Shown here: positions 35,109-47,173 of the stretch, piece after piece
How positions within the stretch are numbered: position 1 is the first letter of the stretch
Layout of the letters: every line of letters begins with the position of its first letter
NCBI GenBank assembly: GCA_043228905.1
Contig: JBHGNT010000001.1
Coordinates: 3,472,001-3,536,000, forward strand
Direction of reading: 5' to 3'
DNA from: Azolla caroliniana
Taxonomy: Eukaryota; Plantae; Polypodiophyta
Length of the DNA stretch: 64,000 bases
Made by a program: the position numbers and the translations under genes
The notes under the pieces: generated by a model
The model's input: the letters and a program-made list of their open reading frames with translations, nothing else
What the model was told of the DNA's origin: nothing
Databases searched by the model: none

Positions 35109-38100
35109 TCGGCTTTGAGAACATAGTATTTATACAAAACTATAAAAATGTAGCTTCGAGTGTAACCAGGTGAAATTTCTGGGCTATGTCATCTCCTTAG
35201 AAGGCATCTCTATGGATCTAGCTAAGGTCAAAATTGTGGTAGAGTGGAAGAATCCACGTTCGTTGTGAGATGTGTAATGCTTTTAAGGCTTTGCCAATTT
35301 CTACCACAAGTTTATATAGGATTACTCAAAGCTTATTCTTCCTCTCACACAGCTTACCAAGAAGGGGCAGTCGTTTGTTTGGTCTAATGAAGCGGACATG
35401 GCCTTTGAGAGTCTTAACAAGGCATTTACATCAGCTCCTATTCTAGCTCATGCTGATCCGGCAAAACCATTTATCATTGAGGCAGACGCGTCAGATTTCG
35501 CCCTTGGGTAGCATTCTTTCACAACAAGGCGATGATGAAAAGTTACATCCTGTGGCTTTCCACTCACGCAAGTTTAACGCCACCGAAATCAACTATGAAA
35601 TTCACGATAAAGAACTATTACCAATAGTGGAATCTTTTACGCAATGGAGGCATTTCCTAGAGGGATCTTCTCATCAAGTCACCGTATTCAGTGATCACAA
35701 AAATCTTGCCTACTTCCAGTATGCTCATGTATTAAATCAACGCCAAGATCGGTGGACCCAATTCCTCACTCGTTTTGACTTCAAAATTACATATTGTCCT
35801 GGGAAGGCAGATGCATTATCGCGGCACTTGTATCTAGCACCGCGACCTTGTGAGCCAACATTCGATAACCAAAAGCAAGTAATCCTGGGACCAACACGAT
35901 TGCAAGCAACGCAGGTTTTCGATATGCCATTGGATTCCCACATTATCGATACCCTACGTGAGGACTTGAAGACAGATGCTTTCGCTCAAGCCATTCTAGC
36001 ACAAATGTCATGATGGATTACTATTCTTTAAGAAGCTCTTGTATGTTCCTAATGGTTCTTGTCGCCTTCGAGTAGTCCTAAAACTGGGCATTTGGTAGTA
36101 CTAAAACATTAGATTTAGTACAACGATTATTCTGGTGGCCTCATAATGCAACGATTTGTCGAAGATTATGTTCGGACATGTGATACATGTTGCAGAGCAA
36201 AGATGGCAAGACACCATCCATATGGTTTATTGGAACCATTACCAATTCCAAGCAAGTCGTGGCAATCCATTGCTCTAGGTTTCATCACAGATCTGAATCC
36301 AGTCTCTAAGGGATTCAATGTGATCTTAACAATAGTAGATCAATATACAAAGATGGCCCATTTCCTGCCATGTATTAAGGAAATCACTAGTGAAGAAACC
36401 GTCGAAACTATCATGTGTGAGGTATGTCGCATCATGGCCTCCCCAACAGTATCATCAACGACCGTGGACTCCAGTTTTGTCTCGAAATTTTGGAAACACC
36501 TCTTCAAAATGTTCAAGGTCACTTGTAACCTCTCCTCCGAGTACCACCCGCAAACAGACAGATAAGCAGAACGAATAAATCAAACGTTGGAATAGTATCT
36601 TCACTGTTTTCTAAGCTATCATCAAGATGACTGGGCAGATATTCTCCATTTCGCCAAATTTGCGTATAATAACTTTGTCCACTCATCGACTAAGGTCACA
36701 CCATTTTATGCTTATACAGGCTATCATCCCCGATGGTGTGTTTTCGAAACTCCGGAGTTACCTACAAATCCTTGTGCAGAGGATCGTTTGGAATAGCTAT
36801 GCAAGATACAGGCGGATTTATATACTCATTTACAACAAGCTCAAGAAACACACAAGGATTATGCGGATCGTCATTAGTTTCCATCGAGTTTTAACATTGG
36901 AGATCGGGTATGGTTATTACGATGACACATCAATACTACTCGCCCATGCGATTAATTGGATTATCGGCGATTGGGTCCTTTCCGTATTATCGAAAAAATT
37001 AATGATGTCGCTTTTCGTCTCGATCTACCTCCACAACTACGGATACATTTGATATTTCATAGTTCTCTTCTAGAACCCTATCAGGACAACACTATCCCAA
37101 GTCGTATCAAACCACCTCCACCCCTGATCGAAATTGAAGATGGACTTGAGTACGAGGTTGCCGCCATCCTCGATTCCAAGATTGTTCGCAACAAGCTCTA
37201 CTATTTGGTCGATTGGCTAGGATATAGTCCCAACGAGCGTACTTGGGAACCAATAGAGAATGTGACCAATGCTTGTGCTCTTCTTGAAGACTTCCATCGT
37301 CAATATCCAGACAAACCGGGTCCTCAATCCAAAACGACTCGTAACACTCGTTGTTTTAAAAGGGGGATAGTGTCATGATATGGCAAGATTCGAACCCATG
37401 ACCTTATGTTACATGGGTCGAGCCCTTGCTATTAAACTATACATTGTAATACAAAATATATTATTTTCATTTATTATTTCACTATAGAAAATTGATGTAT
37501 ATTCCAAATTTCTCTGGAACATTCTAGAAACTTCAGGAGTACTCCTAAAAACACTATATAAGGATGCACAAGGCATTATTTCGAACCAAATCGGTTCAAT
37601 GCAATTCTTAAGCCTCCCAACTACTACTGTATATTCTCTTCACATAATATATATCTCTTGAACATTATCATCATTCTCTCTCTCATTCTCTCTCTCCCTC
37701 TCTCTCTCACTCACTCTTTCCTTCTCTCAAGAGTTCTACTCCTCTCTTAGTACTAATCCTCATCTTTTAGTATTAATTACTTCTCTGTCTTAGTACTGTA
37801 CCTGACACTTTCCTCCTTGTAGCCGGAATTTCCCATGACATCGGATTCGGAGCCAAAGCGGAGGTAAAACTGTTCAATTACTAATTGTGCCATCAAATCT
37901 TGAAAGGAACAAAAGAGAGCTTTGTTACCCTACACAGTAAGAAAACTATCTGAGCGAAACAAGTTTCAATCATTCTGGATGCGGTGTCTACGTACATGGC
38001 CGTGACCGGAGAAATAAAGAAAGAACTCCGAAAGATGCAGGGTGAGCTATAGTCTGCATCAATCGAAAAGAAGATGAAGAAATCATGGGAGTAGTCGAAG

Positions 38101-38121
38101 AAGTGTTCTATGGAAGCACGC

Positions 38122-39592
38122 TGTCGCGAAGTTTCGCGCACGTGTGTTACTTGGGCAGGACCACGGGGGTCTTGGACTAGGGAGTACTCAAGAGATAGAG
38201 AAGACCCGAGGTTTGCTTTACGACAATACTACTTCCCGAACCCTTCCCGAGCAAGGTCTCGTTGCCCTTTGTTTTGTGAGGTCGGTGGCTCTCGTTGATC
38301 ACGACTCGTCGACCTTCCGAGATCACCACACGAGCCAAGTGACCAAACGGGTACAAGCAAGATGATCACGCAACATGAATGCACAAGGGGACGATAACAC
38401 AAACACGAATGTCCGTATGTCTTTATGAGGAGGAGAGGTGCATGGGCACGCCCGAACGCTCCCTCGTCACAAGACGTCGAACGTACGAGGAAGACACAAA
38501 ACACATGCACAGATGCTCGTACGCCTTTATGAGGAGGAGAGGTGCATGGGAAGCCCGAACGGTCCCCTCGTCACAAGACGACCGAACGTACAAAAAAAAG
38601 ACACAAACACACGCATAAAAATGCTTGTACGCCTTTACGAGGAGGAGAGGTGCATGGGCAAGCCCGAACGGTCCCCTCGTCACAAGACGGCTGAACGTAC
38701 AAGGAAGACACGAATAAAGAAAGAAGGAAAGAAAGAAACACGAATGATATCGACCAAAGAGATAAATATGTGTTCGATTCCAACGCAAGAGGACCCTTTA
38801 TAAAATAGGGTTTTGTTTACAATGGCAACTTATAGTTAACCACAAGCTCAATCAAAACATAAATATTAAATGCCCTTAGAGACAAATGCAAATCCGGACA
38901 CTGTGAAGATGAACACACGAGCACCACCAAAATGCAAATCCCAACGAACCATGACCACCCGAACGACGAGCACACGGGCTCACAACGACGAACAGGGCGG
39001 AGCAACGTCGAACCAACGAAGCTTGGGCTCACGAGCACTTCGACTGTCGACGCGAAGAAGACGAGCACGTGGCGATAGGGGGATGAAGGGGTACGAGATG
39101 AAGAGAAGTGGTGAATAAGGAGATGAAGAGCTTCGAAGGAAAATTGGCGATAGTCTCCTCCTCCCAAAACGTCCTCCCGAATGAGCCCCCCTCGACCTCT
39201 TTTTATAGGAAAAAAAGAAGGGGGGGTCGCCAAATTTGTCTTCAATGAAAAAGGAATAAAATTCCTTAAATCACGCTGCACTGTAAGTCCAAATTCAAAC
39301 TGTGCACCTCTAGTTAGTAGTCAATGTGACTATCCACTAGCCCACTAACTCTCTCTTATATAATATATAATTCTATCTCTATAAATTTATAGCCTGTCTC
39401 CCCTCTACCTTTTATCTCTCCTCTCTCTTACTTTTTGCATGAGCTTCTATACCTCCTTTTCACCCTTTCTTTTCCTTTTTATTTTGCATATGCACAATTA
39501 ATCGCTTTTGTGTGCACACACATTGCACATGCACATTTTTTACCCCCCCTTTCGCCGGTTTTCCCCACCCTCGAGCACGCCACATCACGACA
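38122..39592 (-). mobile_element. Long solo LTR of the Trp-primed family with three ~105-bp tandem repeats (about 38395-38710)
   Basis: TGTCGCG...CACGACA ends, 4-bp TSD ACGC, family motif GGACCACGGGGGTCTTGGAC. Confidence 0.9.
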
Positions 39593-41344
39593 ACGCTACA
39601 ACAGCTTGAAGAGTTTGCAGAAGAGATTAGCCAAGGAGACTGGGTAGTTCCGGTGGAATCGGTCGAGATGTACAATGGTATGTACGAAATACAAGACTGT
39701 AGAAAGAAGGTGAAATCGTCTACGGACCGTGGAGGAAAGAGGAAAGAAGTTTCAAGAGATCTGACACTTCAAAAGTCCGTGGATATCGGACATAACTTCA
39801 CGAATGGGACCCCGAAGAAACTCCGGATCGGGGGAAATGGGTTCCTCTTACTGACAGAAAAAGAAAGATTTCGTGAAATGTTGGAGCAACATGGAAAAGC
39901 ATTTGCATTCACATAAATAGAGATAGGGTGCATTAATCCGAAGATAGAGGAGCCAATGGTGATCTTCATGATTGAACATGTGCCATGGAACTTGAAGCTG
40001 ATTCCGGTGGCATGGGCGCATATTCCGAAAATCATTGACTTGCTCAAGGAGAAGGTGGCTATGGGGCTTCTTGAGCAATCAAATGCTCCATATTCAAATC
40101 GATGGTTTACGGTTCCGAGGAAGAATGGGTCACTCCTGTTCATTCAAGATTTGCAACTGGTGAACAAGGTCACGATACGGAACTTCGGAGTCGGTCCGAT
40201 AGTGGATGAATTTGCGGATTCAACATTTGCCGGACGTGTGATAAACTCTATTGGAAACCTATACTCTGGATATGACCAATTTTAACTAGCCATGGGTAGC
40301 CGAGATATCACTACAATGCGGACATCGATAGGACTAGTCCGGATGTGTACGCTACCACAAGGAGCGCCGAATTCGGTCACACATATGATGAATGCAATGA
40401 ACAAGTGCTTCGGGTCTGCATTCCAGAGATAACATTCCAATGAAAGGATGTGCAGTGGAAGAAAAGGATGAGAATATGGATGATCGGGAATGTCGAAAGT
40501 TCGTAGTCGACCATATTCGTGACTGTGAGAAAATGCTACAGAAGTTAGAGGATGTGCATTTAACACTCTCCGGGGAGAAATCAGCATTCGGACAAGAAGA
40601 GATACTGGTAGTCGAACATTTATGTGGGCCCTACAGCCGAAGACCGTCACCAGTCAAGATCGATGTGTTTCAAGCCATGAAAGAAATATGTGAGTCACAA
40701 TCCGAAGTCCACGATAGGTTTCTTGGTGCATGTGCATTTTATCATATATGGATTCCGCACTATGCACACATTGCGGACCCACTCTATCGCTAGTCGGAAG
40801 GGTAAGAAGTTCAAATCAAGATCGGAACATACCAAAGCCATGAAAAAGCGGTGTCGCGGATTTTCGTGAGTATGTATCGAAGTGGGGCGGGGCTATGGGG
40901 GTCTCAGACCAAGGAGCCGATGGGAGTAGGAAGGTCGTCCCGATATCTTCGTTGGATCTGTGTCCGATCACATACCCGGTCCGGATTAGTTCCCAGATGC
41001 CGAACAGCTAGTGCACAGGTTCAAAGATTAGTTTGCTCCGGACCGGTCGCTGGGTAGCGAGAAACAAGGACGCGGCTCAGGACTCGAGCAAACACAAGCC
41101 ACAAACGGAGACAAAATGGAGATGCACACACAACATGGAGAGTGCAACCGGATACAACAAACGAAATAGATTAAAATCAGGGAAGAATAAAACTAGACTC
41201 GGCCGGTACCAAAGTTGTGCTTGTGAAACACGTACACACACAGAAACACAGAATGATGAACCTCTAGTCGGGAGCTCAATGGCTTCCCGCGCGAGCAGAG
41301 GCTTCACCTTCCTCTTCGGATCGGTACTGGGCACAAGGCAAAAA

Positions 41345-41386
<42 letters not shown>

Positions 41387-41442
41387 CCGACACTCAAACC
41401 GACAACACCTCGTCCTCCCCAAAATGTGGATTCCTAAAACGG

Positions 41443-42109
41443 TGTCGCGGCAATCTGCGAGTGCGTGTTGAAAGGGGCGGGACCAAGGGGGTCTCGGACA
41501 AGGAAGAAAAGGGATGCCAGGAAACTGACTCCGGACACGTACCAGGGGCAACTGAACACGAGAGAGAGGGAGAGAAAAGGAGAGAGAGCACGCGAGCAAC
41601 ACCGACTCTTATGTACAGGAAACAAAGGAGGGGAGCTATGCACCCGACACCATCAGAGACACCATTATGCACAAACAAACATGAATATATATATATATAT
41701 ATATATATATTTAGGGGAAGATACAACCCTGCCTTTGAGCCGAGCTACACTCAGAAGAAGAAGAAGAACTTAACCCTAACAGAGCTTTTCTACCATGGCT
41801 GTGGCGCCCGACTTCTCAAGAAGGAGAAGAAGAAGAAGAAGACTCCCCATGAAGTTACTAACCCTAGTAAATTCTTAACGAAATGACCCTCGACCAAAAT
41901 GGTATACCCTTATGACTCAAAATGGGCAACCCCTTCAAAAGGGACCCCTCCCTTCCTTTTATAGCCCAAGGAGGGAGAGACGTTACAATGTGCGACAAAT
42001 ACTCTCCCTTCTATACACCATTTTCTTACTATACATGTGCACATGTTGCACACCACCGACTTGCCCTTTCCACCCCGGTTTCACACCGTAGCCGGAAATC
42101 TTCACGACA
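41443..42109 (-). mobile_element. Solo LTR of the D-like subfamily
   Basis: TGTCGCG...CACGACA ends, 4-bp TSD ACGG, homologous to 45499-46141. Confidence 0.93.
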
Positions 42110-42229
42110 ACGGTCTCTAACCTCCCTTTTTATAGAGCACGGGGAGGCCGTTACATCATCAATAAAGATAGTCGCTTTCTGTTCTACCCGATTCTCTCCT
42201 CGATCTCCTCCCCTCAATCACCGTCATTC

Positions 42230-44757
42230 TGTCAAGAGTTAAAGATGTGCAATCCTTCCTCGGCTTCACGAATTTTTATCGTCGCCTCATCAAGGGGTTT
42301 TCCATCCTAGCACAACCTCTTATTGCTCTCACCCATAAAGGCACTCCATTTTTATGGACCTCGGAGGCACAAAATGCATTCGACTCACTCAAACACGCAT
42401 TCATCACGGCCCCGGTGCTGCTACATGCCGACCCCACAAAACCCTTCCAAGTCGAAACCAATGCCTCTGACTTTGCCATTGGCGCCATCTTATCCCAGGC
42501 AGACGACAACAACCTAATGCACCTAGTGGCTTACTATTCCCGAAAATTTACGGCATCCGAAATCAATTATCCCATTTACGACAAGGAGCTTGCTGCTATC
42601 ATTGCTACCTTTGAAGAACGGCGACCCTACTTGGCCGGCGCACAACATCGTGTCCAAGTAGTGACTGATCATAAAAATTTAGTTTATTTTTCCACCACTC
42701 GTACTTTGAATCGAAGGCAGGCCCGTTGGTCGACATTTCTTGCCGACTACGATTTTGAGATCGTATTTCGACTTGGTGGCCAACATGGGAAGGTTGATGC
42801 CCTTTATCACCGAGTTGACCTTGCACTCCGCCCTAGGGATGCTGCTTATGCTCAACAATCTAGACATTTGTTGAAACCCAACCAATTGCATATTTTTGCC
42901 ACTTGTATGTTGCAGGATGATTCTTTACTCCAACAAATCACTGATGCATCCAAGACCGATGCGTTCGCCAATGAGATTCGAGATAGTCTGCAAAACCCCT
43001 CCAACGCGACCAAAAGGAAGGATCTTGACACCTTCACCATACAAGAGGGGTTGTTGTTCCGAGATCATCTCTTATACGTCCCAAAGGGCCCATGTCGCAC
43101 CCAGGTGTTGCGGGAATGCCACGATGACCCACTTGCAGGTCATTTCGGGGTCGCGAAAACCCTCGAGCTAATCTCTCGGGGCTATTGGTGGCCACAACCA
43201 TGGAAGTTGGTCAAAGAATATATAAAGAGTTGTGAGGTTTGTGCTCGCTCCAAAGCCATTCATCATCGGCCATACGGCTTACTACAGCCGCTTCCATGTC
43301 CTCATCATCCTTGGGCCTCTATCTCTATGGACCTGATAACTGATCTACCCTTGGTCAATAGCTATGACTCGGTGTTGGTTGTTGTCGATCGGTTTACGAA
43401 GATGGCTCGCTTCACTCCATGCTCCAAAACCATTTCCGGAGAAGGAATGGTGCATCTACTACTCAACAATGTGGTACGCTTGCATGGACTCCCCGATGAT
43501 GTCATCTCGGATCGCGGACTCCCCGATGATGTCATCTCGGATCGCGGACCCCAGTCTCTCACTTCTGGTAGCGCCTACTACAAACTTTAGGCATCTCTAT
43601 CAAGTTGTCCTCCACTTATCACCCCCAAACTGACGGGCAAACGGAGCATGTCAACCAAATCCTTGAGCAGTATCTTCGGTGCTCGGTTAGTTACCAACAA
43701 GATGATTGGGTCAACTTACTTTCGCTCGCGGAATTCGCCTACAATAATTCTCTCCATGCATCGACTGGCGTCACTCCCTTCTTTGCCAACTATGGTTTAC
43801 ATCCTCGCTTCAACATTTCCCTTCCTACCACTTCCGTGAACCCTTCGACGGAGGATCGCGCCCGCATTTTGGAAGAACTACATGATTTATCCTTGGAGCT
43901 TAGTCTTGCTAGTGAACGATACAAGAAGCAGGCTGATCGACATCGATCTTCCACTCCACACTTTGTCGTTGGAGACATGGTCTAGTTGTTACGTCGACAC
44001 ATCTCTACTACTCGTCCATGTGCAAAACTTGATTACAAGAAGTTGGGACCATTCCGTATCATCGAGTGCATCAATACCGTCGCCTTCCGGCTCGCCCTTC
44101 CATCCCACTTCCGGATTCACGATGTTTTTCATGTCTCCCTCCTCGAACCCCATTATGCTTCACAACTCCCAGGACGTCATGCCCCACCACCACCACCTGT
44201 GCAATTGACGACAGGGGAGGAATACGAGGTCGACCAAATCCTTGACTCGCGTTGGCACCGTCGACACTTGCAATACCTCGTCCTATGGAGGGGTTACCCC
44301 ATGTCTAAGGCCACGTGGGAACCATCGGCAAATTTACAAAATGCCCTAGAGGTCGTCCAAGATTTTCATCACTGATATCCCCACAAACCAGCGGCCGATT
44401 TGGGAAGGCGGCGTAGGAGGGGGGATAATGTCAAGATTCAAACTCTTGACACGACCATGTTATAATCTAGTATTATGAGTTAACCAAGATATCTAGTACA
44501 TAGTTATGTATGTAATTGGTCCTTATTATTTTGCTAGCATCACGTGCATAGTTGCTCCCTTGTAGTATTTACACTTGGCACATGCATGCATACCTACATG
44601 CTCTATTGTAGATTCACATGCGTGCAACAAGTATGCATGCCATGAGTATAAATAGAGGAGTTCACCTTGAAGGAATTCAAGGTGAACAACACCAGTTATG
44701 GAGTCTTTCCTTTAATACTATCTTCTTGCTTGTCTCTTGAGCTTATGATCCGTGACA
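42230..44757 (+). mobile_element. 5'-deleted chromovirus: RNase H, integrase, chromodomain and 3' LTR 44430-44757
   Basis: VQSFLGFTNFYRR, YPIYDKEL, HDDPLAGHFG, YHPQTDGQTE, chromodomain YEVDQILDSR..W.GY..TWEP, PPT AGGAGGGGGATAA. ATTC on both flanks. Confidence 0.9.
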
Positions 44758-47173
44758 ATTCCTTTAAGTGTGCGACCACAAAGTACCTATCACTCACTAA
44801 CTCTATACTATTCACATATGTTTGTACATATCACTGTATTTGTGTGCATCCATACACACACCCGTTCACGCGCATCCGGCTTCGTTTCATTCTATGGCCG
44901 GGATGCTTCACGACAACAGAGGGCGGAAGCACTTAAGAAGCCGAACTATGATCGACCAATCATAGTAACAATTGATGATGATTAGATGGGTCATCAACCA
45001 AGTCGACTCAAATGGTTCACGATATCCAATTCAATTTAGAGCAAAGGTTCTCAACGAAAGGCAACGCGGATATGCACAAGTGAAAAGAGAATTATGGGGA
45101 GTGGTGTAGGCAATAAAACCGGATTGAGATTATTTGATCGGAGCCGAACTAGTGATCGAAACGGATTGTCTTCCGATACTCAGGATGATGCGATGTTGCA
45201 TGGTACCGGATTTGGCTATGTTAAGATGGATTGCATATGTAAAGTCACTTAATCCGGAAGTTCGACACATCTCGGGAAAAGACAACGCGGTAGAGGATAT
45301 GTTATCAAGGGCCCAGTTCGAAGATGACATAGTCGAATCGTATAATGAAGAAGTTTCCGAAGATTACTTTACTTCGGAGCACATATGCCGGGTAAACGTA
45401 ATCCGGGAGTTCCGGGAAGACTAATATGAGGGAGAAAACCTACTGATCAGGAAAGTGCTAGAAGAAATCTGTTGAGGATCGAGACCGGCCTCAACCGGTG
45501 TCGCGTTATTACGTGCGTGCATGTCGAAAGGGCGGGACCACAGGGGGTTTCGGAAGAGGGAGAAAGGGACGCCGAGACAACCGACTCCGGACACGACCCG
45601 GGGCAACCGAACACGAGAGGGAGAGAGAGAGAGAGAGAGCATGCGCGCGACACCAACTCTTATACACAAAGGAAATAAGAAAGGGGTGTGCTCCCGACAC
45701 CACCGAATACACCAATATGCACAAACAGATACGATTATATATATAACAAGGGAAAATATACAACCATGGCTTCGAGCCGGCTACGCTCAGAAGAAGAGAA
45801 GTTAACCTAACAGCTTTGGCGCCATAGCTGCGGCGCCCGACTTCTCAAGGAGGAGAAGAACAACAACAAAAGAAACAGGAAGTTACTAACCCTAGGAACC
45901 TTTAACAAAAGAAAGACCCTCTACAAAATGGTATACCCTTACGACTCAAAATGGGCAACCCCTCTACAAGAGACCCCTTCCTTCCTTTTATAGCCCAAGG
46001 AGGGAGGGTCGTTACAATGTGGGATAAATATCCCCTCTTTATTCTATACACCATTTTACATTGTAAGTGTGCACATGTTGCACACCGCCGACTTGCCCAT
46101 TCCATCCCGGTTTCACACTATGGCCCGGAATCTTCACGACATCTGCCCCCACCAAACCGCACGTCCACCGGTACGTGCCAAGTTCGGAGAAGGATGAGAG
46201 ATTCCAGCCGGTGAGGAACCGGTCTTCCGTAATCCGCATTCCAGCTGTCATTGGCCTCGCCGGTCTGAACCATCAGCTCAGGTTCCTTCTCTGCATTTGC
46301 CTCTCCGTAGGCTGGTTTGACCCGTTGATCTGTCATTCACTGCGATCATGTAGTGCGCGTGGTTCTCATTGGCCCTTCCTTCAACCGTATGCACAATTCT
46401 CGTCCCTTCGGATATGTGGTGTCCTCTGTTCGTTGAGCACCCGCGATGGCCTGCTTGGCCACCGTGGACCTCGCGTTGTTCCGGTTCTCGTTCCGCGCTA
46501 ATCTCCACCGCCTTCGTCCCCATGCCACCACCGTCGTTCTCCTTGGTCTTACGTTGCCTCACCGGCTTGCACTGCGAAGGTCTCCGAAACCAGTGTGGAG
46601 GGTCTCTCTCCGGTCTTCTACGTGAGATCACCTGGACCGGCAACCCCTTTTCACGCCTGTATTCCCACTCTAGCACCTCTGTGTGCTGTGCATCCCCTTC
46701 TCATGCTCGGCACGGCCCGTGCCGCACTCCGGTTACTCCCCATGCACGTGTCGTTGGCCCTCGCCCGGCCAGATCGTGCATCGCCGCTTCTCCGCATACC
46801 GGTGTCCTCCACGTCCGAGGAACACCCTGTAGTAACCCGCTTGGCCACTTTCGTCTTGCACTACTGCCACCGGTTTGGAGCCTTCCGCTCGCCGTCAGCT
46901 TGTTATCTCGGGTTTGGCATGCCACGCCAGTCGTTGCCACTCTGACTAAGCCGCCGAGTTCTCCGAAGCGGGTGTGGAGGATCCTCCTCCAAACCTTGAT
47001 ATTGCCTCCTATCTTCAACCGTGTAGCTTGTAGTGTGCTCGCATCCACGTTCCTCGCATCTTTGTGTGCCACCTTCTATTCCCTTGTTCGGCGCTTTTGC
47101 ACCGAACGTCGTCCCTTAGTCGTGCTTTGATTCAGCCCTTAACGGCCACTTGCACGATCCTTCTTCTACTCTG

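Larger units (their letters stand above)
20024..37807 (+). mobile_element. Element H: decayed chromovirus (Tcn1/Tf1-like Ty3/gypsy), LTRs 20024-20582 and 37371-37807
   Basis: 5-bp TSD CTTTC. Gag KFDGTRSQFRGFL, protease LLDSGAN, RNase H YEIHDKELL, integrase, chromodomain YEVAAILDSK..YYLVDWLGY..TWEP, PPT AAAAGGGGGATAG. Most of RT is missing between 22512 and 35109. Confidence 0.92.
18773..37840 (-). mobile_element. Solo LTR of the Trp-primed family (18773-20023 plus 37808-37840), hosting a LINE fragment and chromovirus H
   Basis: TGTCG...TGACA ends with the family motif GGACCACGGGGGTC. The host protease frame resumes at 37841. Degenerate TSD ACAG/TCGG. Homologous to the LTR at 40852. Confidence 0.8.
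40852..44915 (-). mobile_element. Solo LTR of the Trp-primed family hosting two insertions
   Basis: TGTCGCG...CACGACA ends, homologous to the 18773 LTR. Flanks GCGG/ACAG do not match cleanly. Confidence 0.78.

Noticed and set aside
43486-43548. 30-bp in-frame duplication in the integrase
   Set aside because: Ordinary slippage in a dead copy, followed by a frameshift.
45902-47130. Many overlapping short ORFs here and antisense to the copia genes
   Set aside because: Shadow ORFs expected in GC-rich or repeated DNA, with no domains.
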